DNA of 38,405 nucleotides from Candidatus Woesearchaeota archaeon. Lineage in GTDB: Archaea; Nanobdellota; Nanobdellia; Pacearchaeales; GW2011-AR1. The DNA lies in NCBI GenBank assembly GCA_964513665.1, contig CAZEOE010000002.1:1-38405 (forward strand), read 5' to 3'. Shown one piece after another: positions 32,058 through 37,639 of this stretch. The notes below the pieces were generated by a model that was not told where the DNA came from, made no database searches, and worked only from the letters and a program-made list of their open reading frames with translations. Each line of letters starts with the position of its first letter. The stretch's first letter is position 1. The translations under genes were made by a program, and so were the position numbers.

Positions 32058-32082
32058 GCGGGGCGTGTGTGATGCGCCCCGC
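32058..32082 (+). terminator. GC hairpin after ssb (weak terminator candidate, no U-tract)
   Basis: GCGGGGCG (32058-65) pairs with CGCCCCGC (32075-82) across a 9-nt loop. Followed by CAACCAAAAA. Confidence 0.3.
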
Positions 32083-32141
32083 CAACCAAAAATGGCGTGC
32101 TGGTCGGTATGCCCTTGCAGGATAAACAATAGTTGGGCGGC
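32081..32141 (+). repeat. array-proximal junction site (short, degenerate attC/attI-like)
   Basis: GCCAAC-caaaaatg-GCGTGCTGG...GCAGGATAAACAATA-GTTGGGCGGC. The 3' half parallels GCAGGTAACGCAAACC-GTT. Its GTTGGGCGGC (32132-41) is the partner of R'' of cassette A. Confidence 0.45.
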
Positions 32142-32168
32142 TCTCGCTCAACAGCGTAAGGAGCAAAA

Positions 32169-32354
32169 ATGAAAGATTACGAATTGCCACAATGCGAAAA
32201 TTGTAAATGGTCATTAGGAATAGAGCAGGTTAGAAAGTCTCTGGTAATTGGCAATAAATTGTTTTGTGACAAGTGCCGCCCAACAAAGCGTGCACCCGAC
32301 GTGAAGCCACGTCGCGCCGTGAAAGCAAAAACCCGCAAGGCTTCACGCGGGTAA
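32169..32354 (+). CDS. cassette A: 61-aa zinc-ribbon mini-protein
   Basis: AAGGAG SD. CENC...CDKC. The stop TAA lies in the 3' arm GGGTAACGC of its attC-like site. Confidence 0.6.
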   Translation: MKDYELPQCENCKWSLGIEQVRKSLVIGNKLFCDKCRPTKRAPDVKPRRAVKAKTRKASRG

Positions 32355-32372
32355 CGCAAACCGTTCGGCGGC
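32275..32372 (+). repeat. attC-like site 1
   Basis: GCCGCCCAAC-aaa-GCGT-gc-ACCCG-ac-GTGAAGCC...GGCTTCAC-g-CGGGT-a-ACGC-aaacc-GTTCGGCGGC. Confidence 0.8.
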
Positions 32373-32392
32373 TCGTCCGCAAAGGAGAAATC

Positions 32393-32626
32393 ATGTTGAT
32401 AAAGGCTAAGGCGCGTTTAGGTTTTCGCAATATCGTTGTTGATGATTGCCCGTATTGCCATCGCACGCACTACCACAATCCGCCCATTGCGGAAGGTGTC
32501 CGCATGGCTGATTGCTTCAAGGGTGAATACCTGCTCGATTTTGAAGCCGCCGAACATTGTTTGCACACCGACCCGCCTTCGGCTCTTGAAGTCGCGGCGG
32601 AATCTCAAGAAACGGCGGGCGGGTGA
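32393..32626 (+). CDS. cassette B: 77-aa Cys/His mini-protein
   Basis: AAAGGAGA then 4 nt then ATG 32393. CPYCHRTHYH. The stop TGA lies in the 3' arm CGGGTGAAAC. Confidence 0.55.
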   Translation: MLIKAKARLGFRNIVVDDCPYCHRTHYHNPPIAEGVRMADCFKGEYLLDFEAAEHCLHTDPPSALEVAAESQETAGG

Positions 32627-32643
32627 AACTCGCCGTTAGGTGC
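32546..32643 (+). repeat. attC-like site 2
   Basis: GCCGCCGAAC-att-GTTT-gc-ACaCCG-ac-CCGCC...GGCGG-g-CGGGT-g-AAAC-tcgcc-GTTAGGTGC. GTTT/AAAC covaries with GCGT/ACGC. Confidence 0.75.
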
Positions 32644-32647
32644 TAAT

Positions 32648-32848
32648 ATGCTACAAATTTTGTCTTGTGGTTGTGAAGTGAAACTAAAGCGCGATAAGAT
32701 GCGCTGCTCAAAATGTGGTGAGCTATTTTGCCCGAAACATATCTATCAACGTGTTGATGAAAGTAATAGGGCTATCACTGTAAATGCTCCGTTGCTGTGT
32801 GCGGTATGCGCCAATCCAGAGAACGCACCTAACACAGCGTCCACCTGA
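32648..32848 (+). CDS. cassette C: 66-aa multi-CxxC mini-protein
   Basis: CGC, CSKC, CPKH and CAVC motifs. The stop lies inside the ACCTGAC arm. Confidence 0.5.
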   Translation: MLQILSCGCEVKLKRDKMRCSKCGELFCPKHIYQRVDESNRAITVNAPLLCAVCANPENAPNTAST

Positions 32849-32958
32849 CGTGCGCTCCGCTCGCCGCGTTCCGTGTACCTGTGGTATGGATGATGGCTTG
32901 CATGAATGGGATTGCGCCATAAGCCGCGCACGCAGGTAACGCAAACCGTTATGCCGCC
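32825..32958 (+). repeat. attC-like site 3
   Basis: GCACCTAAC-aca-GCGT-cc-ACCTG-ac-GTGCGC...GCGCAC-g-CAGGT-a-ACGC-aaacc-GTTATGCCGCC. Confidence 0.8.
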
Positions 32959-32988
32959 CACGGGCTGACAGTGGGAGAAAGGTCTACG

Positions 32989-33246
32989 ATGAACGTTTGG
33001 GATATTGAGTTACAGAAACACTATGCAGATATGGAAGAGGATAATTGGGACGCCGATCTCACCAGCTATTACCGTGTGGTTGCGCCTGATTATGAGAGCG
33101 CCTTAGCCACGGCAGAGTCGCTCGCTTTGTCCGAAACCTTCGAGGATGACGAATCCGACAAAGTTGTGCCAGTTGATCGGGTGCGCCTGGTTTCGATCAA
33201 GAAGGGCATTTCCGTTGACGCTATCGCAACCGTAAAGGCGGCATAA
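32989..33246 (+). CDS. cassette D: 85-aa acidic protein
   Basis: GGGAGA SD, ATG 32989. No Cys residues. The stop TAA lies within R'' GGCGGCATAAC. Confidence 0.55.
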   Translation: MNVWDIELQKHYADMEEDNWDADLTSYYRVVAPDYESALATAESLALSETFEDDESDKVVPVDRVRLVSIKKGISVDAIATVKAA

Positions 33247-33335
33247 CCCTGGCTTGCACGTTGACGGCGGCGGGCGTGGCAAAAACCGGACAGTCACAAA
33301 CGTCGCCGCAAGTGAAGCCAAACCCGTTGGGCGGC
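33237..33335 (+). repeat. attC-like site 4
   Basis: GGCGGCATAAC-cct-GGCTT-gc-ACgTTG-ac-GGCGGCG...CGTCGCC-g-CAAGT-g-AAGCC-aaaccc-GTTGGGCGGC. Confidence 0.75.
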
Positions 33336-33355
33336 TTTGCCCAAAAGGAAATAAC

Positions 33356-33679
33356 ATGAGCAACGGAAGATATTGTGATAATTGTGAAACTCACTTGAAT
33401 GATGAAGATTACGTGTCCTATGGTTCATGGTCTTACACTTGCCATGATTGCGGTTTTTCATATCGTCATGGTTCTGCTGGCGCAGGTGAGCAGGTTAAAA
33501 GATTCAACAGCCGCCCAACAAAGCGTGCAGCGGACAAAAGCGGGATTTTGCAAGAGTCGCCAAAGCCAGATAATATTATTTTGACGGTGAGACTTCGGAG
33601 CCAGTGTCCAGCCCGCTTTTGTCCGCTAAAGCCAGCCGTTCGGCGGCTTCGTGGCTGTCGAAAAAGTGAGAAGAAATGA
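33356..33679 (+). CDS. cassette E: 107-aa zinc-ribbon protein
   Basis: AAAAGGAA SD, ATG 33356. CDNC...CHDC. Reads through its own attC-like site and ends in an ATGA overlap with the next ORF. Confidence 0.5.
   Translation: MSNGRYCDNCETHLNDEDYVSYGSWSYTCHDCGFSYRHGSAGAGEQVKRFNSRPTKRAADKSGILQESPKPDNIILTVRLRSQCPARFCPLKPAVRRLRGCRKSEKK
33510..33647 (+). repeat. attC-like site 5
   Basis: GCCGCCCAAC-aaa-GCGT-gc-AGCGGACAAAAGCGGG...CCCGCTTTTGTCCGCT-a-AAGC-cagcc-GTTCGGCGGC, with a 16-bp perfect inner helix. Confidence 0.8.
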
Positions 33680-34038
33680 ACCTTTTACAATCAAGTAATT
33701 CGGTAAACGTAAAGGAAGATAATCCAGGTTTATTTGAGTTGTCGTTTTCTCAGCAAGCCTTTGCGGTTGGCGATATTGTTACTCGTTCTGGCAATGATGA
33801 GCAAGTGATAACTAGCATAGATTTTGATTGGGGAACGCTCGATGTATTGTGCATAAAGCCTGCGTACTGGATAGGCTTTGGCGAAAGCGAAGGCAATCTA
33901 ATAAGGCGGTATGAGTTTGTCAGAAGTGCCGCCGAACACAGCGTGTACCTGACCGCCTTCGGCGCGGGTATGCAGTTGCGCCTTGCTAAGTTTGTAAATT
34001 TTATTCGAGAGTTACTTGCCAAATACGGCGGCAGGTAA
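33676..34038 (+). CDS. cassette F: 120-aa hypothetical protein
   Basis: ATGA-coupled start. The stop TAA lies in the 3' arm CAGGTAACGC. Confidence 0.55.
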   Translation: MNLLQSSNSVNVKEDNPGLFELSFSQQAFAVGDIVTRSGNDEQVITSIDFDWGTLDVLCIKPAYWIGFGESEGNLIRRYEFVRSAAEHSVYLTAFGAGMQLRLAKFVNFIRELLAKYGGR

Positions 34039-34056
34039 CGCAAACCGTTAGCCCGC
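33928..34056 (+). repeat. attC-like site 6
   Basis: GCCGCCGAAC-aca-GCGT-gt-ACCTG-ac-CGCC...GGCG-g-CAGGT-a-ACGC-aaacc-GTTAGCCCGC. Confidence 0.8.
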
Positions 34057-34086
34057 ACTTGGCGCAATGTGCAGAAAGGCAAAATA

Positions 34087-34359
34087 ATGTCATTCAAATC
34101 AGATTTTGGTCGCGATCCAATTCCAGGCGAAGATTATTCATTAGATGATGCAATGTCTCAGGATGAATACGAATACCTTACAGGAACGGGCGCGTATTTG
34201 CCACGCAATCACGGTAAAAGTCAGCATTACGAGATTGTAAAAAAAGTCTTTGCTAAATTATTTAGCGGGCTAACAAAGCGTGCACCTGACGTGTGCAACG
34301 CGTCGGATTGCAAAGAGGCTGCCGTCAATGCGGGTTTATGTGAGAAGCATTCGTTCTAA
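34087..34359 (+). CDS. cassette G: 90-aa protein with C-terminal Cys/His knuckle
   Basis: AGAAAGG SD, ATG 34087. CNASDC...CEKH is encoded inside the variable part of site 7. Confidence 0.55.
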   Translation: MSFKSDFGRDPIPGEDYSLDDAMSQDEYEYLTGTGAYLPRNHGKSQHYEIVKKVFAKLFSGLTKRAPDVCNASDCKEAAVNAGLCEKHSF

Positions 34360-34395
34360 TCCTGCACACGCAGGTAACGCAAGCCGTTAGAAGGC
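34265..34395 (+). repeat. attC-like site 7
   Basis: GCGGGCTAAC-aaa-GCGT-gc-ACCTG-ac-GTGTGC...GCACAC-g-CAGGT-a-ACGC-aagcc-GTTAGAAGGC. Confidence 0.8.
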
Positions 34396-34399
34396 TAAT

Positions 34400-34603
34400 A
34401 TGCAAACGTCAATAATACTAACATGCTCGTCTTGCCACGAAAAACTAAATTTCTACATGAAGGTAATTGATAGCAATGTAGTTTTGCGCGTGTATAAGTG
34501 CGAAAATTGTAAGAAAACTGGTATTTGTTCTGTTTGCGGCGAAGGTGTTGTGTACAAAAAAGGTGTGTGCCAAAGTTGTTACGAATATGAGGCGCAGAAA
34601 TGA
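34400..34603 (+). CDS. cassette H/I, ORF 1: 67-aa double zinc-ribbon protein
   Basis: CSSC...CENC...CSVC...CQSC. Confidence 0.55.
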   Translation: MQTSIILTCSSCHEKLNFYMKVIDSNVVLRVYKCENCKKTGICSVCGEGVVYKKGVCQSCYEYEAQK

Positions 34604-34863
34604 AACATTATTTTATGACCTTGCCCAATGTTTTCTTTCCTGAAAACAGGTTTTGTGCCAAGTGTGGCGAATACTTCACACACCCGAATCACCTACATGG
34701 TAGAGATTGCCAATGCGAAACTTGCCAGCAAGAACGCCTTCTAACACAGCGTGCAGTTGACGTGGGGCAGGCTGGGCAATTTTTTGGACGGTCGGTTATG
34801 CCCCACGCAACTAACGCGAGCCGTTCGGCGGCAAAGGAGATAACATGGCTCGATTTTCAATAA
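34600..34863 (+). CDS. cassette H/I, ORF 2: 87-aa Cys/His protein
   Basis: ATGA overlap with ORF 1. CAKCG...H..H...CQCETC. Reads through site 8 and overlaps the next start. Confidence 0.5.
   Translation: MKHYFMTLPNVFFPENRFCAKCGEYFTHPNHLHGRDCQCETCQQERLLTQRAVDVGQAGQFFGRSVMPHATNASRSAAKEITWLDFQ
34736..34832 (+). repeat. attC-like site 8
   Basis: GCCTTCTAAC-aca-GCGT-gc-AGTTG-ac-GTGGGGC...GCCCCAC-g-CAACT-a-ACGC-gagcc-GTTCGGCGGC. Confidence 0.8.
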
Positions 34864-35159
34864 GTGGATACGATAACGATAGCAAGTGTAAAATATGCGG
34901 TTCTCACGCCAGCGAAATACACCGCGAAGGTTGTGAGCTTGGCGCGGTGTATGCCGAAAGAAAAGAGATGCGCTTAGTGATTGAGCAGTTTCTAAAATTG
35001 CTCGGTGTCGAAACTATCACCTCGGCGTTTTCAAAGATTGCCGCCGAACAAAACGCGCACCTGACGGGGCTACACTGTCCCGCCTGCATGTGCCGTAATG
35101 AAGAAATTGTAACTTGCGCCCGCTGTGGTACTTTGAAAGCCGCCCCGCAGGTAGCGTAA
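34845..35159 (+). CDS. cassette J: 104-aa zinc-ribbon protein
   Basis: AAAGGAGA SD. CKICG near the N-terminus. CPAC...CARC is encoded in the variable part of site 9. The stop TAA lies in the 3' arm GTAGCGTAAGCC. Confidence 0.55.
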   Translation: MARFSISGYDNDSKCKICGSHASEIHREGCELGAVYAERKEMRLVIEQFLKLLGVETITSAFSKIAAEQNAHLTGLHCPACMCRNEEIVTCARCGTLKAAPQVA

Positions 35160-35172
35160 GCCGTTCGGCGGC
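35040..35172 (+). repeat. attC-like site 9
   Basis: GCCGCCGAAC-aaa-ACGC-gc-ACCTG-ac-GGGGC...GCCCC-g-CAGGT-a-GCGT-aagcc-GTTCGGCGGC. ACGC/GCGT is the swapped version of GCGT/ACGC. Confidence 0.8.
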
Positions 35173-35183
35173 AAAGGAGAAAA

Positions 35184-35558
35184 ATGAACATTCGGCAATT
35201 TAGCGAAAAAATAATCAATGGTCCTGGCGGCTTGCACGCTTACGAGTATCACGAAATGGCTGAGCCAGTTGGTGATCGTGATGTGGCGGTGGCTGTCTGG
35301 GTAATCAAGTGTCTGTCTAATCCGAAGTGTGAAGGCTCGGAAGTGGCTATCCAAGCAATCTTGGAAAGGCGTAATAAACTTGCCGCCGAACAATACATGC
35401 ACCCGACTGGCGGTACGTGCCCCGTGTGCGAGAATGATCGCCTAAATGGGTATCCGTGTCCTAATCTAGACGTTGCTCCTCAGTGGCGTTGCAAGTGTGG
35501 CTGGGCAAATTTTGAAAATGTAAGACTGTGTTCTGCGTGTGGTACGCAACGCAGGTAA
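35184..35558 (+). CDS. cassette K: 124-aa protein with CPVC and a RanBP2-like zinc finger
   Basis: AAAGGAGA SD. WRCKCGWANFENVRLCSAC fits W-x-C-x-C-x3-N-x6-C-x2-C. The stop TAA lies in CAGGTAACGC. Confidence 0.55.
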   Translation: MNIRQFSEKIINGPGGLHAYEYHEMAEPVGDRDVAVAVWVIKCLSNPKCEGSEVAIQAILERRNKLAAEQYMHPTGGTCPVCENDRLNGYPCPNLDVAPQWRCKCGWANFENVRLCSACGTQRR

Positions 35559-35576
35559 CGCAAACCGTTACGACCC
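35382..35576 (+). repeat. attC-like site 10 (terminal, long, partly degenerate 5' arm)
   Basis: GCCGCCGAAC-aat-ACAT-gc-ACCCG-ac...g-CAGGT-a-ACGC-aaacc-GTTACGACCC. R'' and the 3' arm are intact, but the inner 5' arm no longer pairs perfectly. Confidence 0.6.
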
Positions 35577-35587
35577 CACCGGAACAG

Positions 35588-36265
35588 TCATGCAGGCTTG
35601 ACCACCGTGGTTTCAAAGAACAACTGACCATCCTTGTACACGCTCCCGTCGCGGAACGTGTAATAATCTTCCGGCAAAAATACCAATTTACTTTTCTCAA
35701 TCCAGCATCCGTCCACACCGTTCAACGGCTCGTTGCGGATGCGCGGAATGTACACATCCACCGGCTGTCCCTTGCGGTGGACATTGATAACCCGCCCGTC
35801 GGCATTCACCGCGCACGCTTTCCAAAATCTGTGCGGCTTCAGGAACCAATTGTCATAACGCGGGTCTAATGTATCCGCGTCAAAATTGTTCGGGTAGTCC
35901 ACTCGCCGAACATGGGTGGGAGTTTCCATATCCCACTCGATAAAATTCCCCCCGCAATCTATGCTTTCCGCCCGTCCTGTGGAGTAGGGGATTTCGTTGT
36001 CATAGTGAATGTTTATCCACATGGCATCAATAGAACGCGCATACTCATACCCAAGCGGATTGTTAATCCGCTCGATATACCGCCACCATCGCGCTCTGAT
36101 GGGTATCGTCCTGCCTTTTATCGTGCCCTGTCCCCGGTCTTGCATCGTGCAGGTATCCGGGTAGAACTCCAACGGAAAACCGCTGCGTATCGGTTGGTGT
36201 TTGATGTACGCCAGTTTCAACTTCTGCGGCTCCGGCGGCGGATGATAGGTGATCTTCAGTTTCAT
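35588..36265 (-). CDS. hypothetical tail-associated protein
   Basis: 225-aa ORF, ATGA-coupled to 36262-36597. Last gene of the tail-fibre operon and convergent with the cassette array. Confidence 0.5.
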   Translation of the reverse strand: MKLKITYHPPPEPQKLKLAYIKHQPIRSGFPLEFYPDTCTMQDRGQGTIKGRTIPIRARWWRYIERINNPLGYEYARSIDAMWINIHYDNEIPYSTGRAESIDCGGNFIEWDMETPTHVRRVDYPNNFDADTLDPRYDNWFLKPHRFWKACAVNADGRVINVHRKGQPVDVYIPRIRNEPLNGVDGCWIEKSKLVFLPEDYYTFRDGSVYKDGQLFFETTVVKPA

Positions 36266-36597
36266 TTCGGATGCAGCGTCACGGTCTGCGGATGGTGGTA
36301 TTCGGTCTCGATGGTTATGGTCAACGGCAAAACGTCGGGCGGCGGCAATGGCGGGTCGGGGTCAATCTCTTGTACTTTGACAAAGACTTTCACACCACCA
36401 ACCGTATTCGGATAGGATGCCGCAGTCCAATTGCCAGAGGGCGTTTTTACCCACATCCCCAAACCATTATTATCTGCCGTGCGATACTCAGTAGCAATCC
36501 ACGTCATGCCCGGCGTCAACACAACGCCAGTTTTCGCGCCGTTGATATGCGGCGTTTTTCGTTCGTCTGTATTCAATATCACTGTACACTGAAACAT
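36262..36597 (-). CDS. hypothetical protein
   Basis: ATG 36597 with GAGG 7 nt upstream. The tool start at 36636 overlaps the upstream gene. Confidence 0.5.
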   Translation of the reverse strand: MFQCTVILNTDERKTPHINGAKTGVVLTPGMTWIATEYRTADNNGLGMWVKTPSGNWTAASYPNTVGGVKVFVKVQEIDPDPPLPPPDVLPLTITIETEYHHPQTVTLHPK

Positions 36598-36604
36598 AAT
36601 CGCC

Positions 36605-37639
36605 TCACTTGTTGCACAACCACAAATCAAAATCAACGCCGGAATAAATCAACTCGCACCCGTCAAGCGTTGGCGTCACACTCGGCGGGATGCTGGTCTG
36701 CGTCCGCGTTGCAGTAGGTGTCCGCGTCACAGTCGGCACAATGCCAGTAGATGTCGGCGTCCTGCTCGGTGGTGGCGGCGCAGGTGTCACCGTTGGCACT
36801 CCATCCGGTGGGGGGGTACCTGCCACGTTGCCAGAGACTAAAACAGATGACGGTAACGAAATCCACGGTTGCGTGGTGTTGCTGAAATAATTGTTCACCA
36901 CCCGCACATTACTACCAGCGGGGATTGTCATCCCGTTTTCACCATAGAATCGGATGCCCCTGTAACAGTTATAGATATAGTTGCCTTCCACCAACACGTC
37001 GTGAAACTGATTACCCCATCCGCTGTAATTCTCCGTGCCTAAAAGGATACACTGCGCGGGGTTTCCGTTTCGGTAGAAACTGGTCTTTCCCGTATTCGTC
37101 ACGCGGTTGTTGCGTGCGGTCGTGTTGGGCGAATTATCCAGGTACAAATTTACGCTGTAATTGTCATGTACTAAGTTTCCTTCAATCAACACATTCCTAC
37201 CACGAGTCGCCGCGATCCCCTCCCCGTGATTTTCATACACCCAATTCCCGCGAATGGTGATGTTCTCACCGCCGAGTTGGACTTTCACACCGCTCCCCCA
37301 GCCCCCCGAGCGGTCCACATTCTCCCGCACGGTATCGAAGACGACACTATCTTGAAAAACAATATCCTTGCCGGTGATCAATACCCCGTGCGAATTGCAC
37401 CCGCTTACCACAAAGTCTCGCGCCACAATATGCCTGCCTGTCAATCTCAAGCACTGCACCCGCGCACCATTGCCCCACACCACCACCGGATCCGCCTCCG
37501 TGCCGCTCATGGAATAGGTCAGCGTCCCGTAGGTTCTCGACCCATCCAGCACAATATCGTTCGCGTTCGGCTGCGCCAGCAAAATGCCAGCCGCGATCAC
37601 CGCCGCGCCGATAATCCCTGCAATAGTTTTTCTGTTCAT
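36605..37639 (-). CDS. right-handed beta-helix (pectate-lyase-fold) protein with N-terminal anchor and Pro/Thr linker; candidate depolymerase or tail spike
   Basis: Start MNRKTIAGIIGAAVIAAGILLA (ATGA overlap at 37639). Repeated GN..-.N... rungs (IRGNWVYENHGEGI, IEGNLVHDNYSVNL, ARNNRVTN, VEGNYIYNCYRGI). PT-rich tract near the C-terminus. Confidence 0.65.
   Translation of the reverse strand: MNRKTIAGIIGAAVIAAGILLAQPNANDIVLDGSRTYGTLTYSMSGTEADPVVVWGNGARVQCLRLTGRHIVARDFVVSGCNSHGVLITGKDIVFQDSVVFDTVRENVDRSGGWGSGVKVQLGGENITIRGNWVYENHGEGIAATRGRNVLIEGNLVHDNYSVNLYLDNSPNTTARNNRVTNTGKTSFYRNGNPAQCILLGTENYSGWGNQFHDVLVEGNYIYNCYRGIRFYGENGMTIPAGSNVRVVNNYFSNTTQPWISLPSSVLVSGNVAGTPPPDGVPTVTPAPPPPSRTPTSTGIVPTVTRTPTATRTQTSIPPSVTPTLDGCELIYSGVDFDLWLCNK

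Larger units (their letters stand above)
32081..35576 (+). mobile_element. integron-like gene-cassette array (10 cassettes, 11 attC-like sites; no integrase in the window)
   Basis: Tandem units 32133-32363, 32364-32635, 32636-32948, 32949-33326, 33327-33638, 33639-34047, 34048-34386, 34387-34823, 34824-35163 and 35164-35567. Each starts with (G)TT plus 6-9 nt that are the reverse complement of the bases preceding AAC in its own terminal palindrome. Confidence 0.8.

Noticed and set aside
32273-32392. Tool-predicted start of ORF 32273-32626 (and the upstream extensions of 32971, 33254 and 34069)
   Set aside because: The extensions run through the preceding attC-like site. Each has an internal ATG with a good SD immediately after the GTT junction.
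35555-35571. GTAACG-caaac-CGTTAC hairpin as a bidirectional terminator at the convergent junction
   Set aside because: Only 6 bp with no U-tract. It is simply the terminal part of attC-like site 10.
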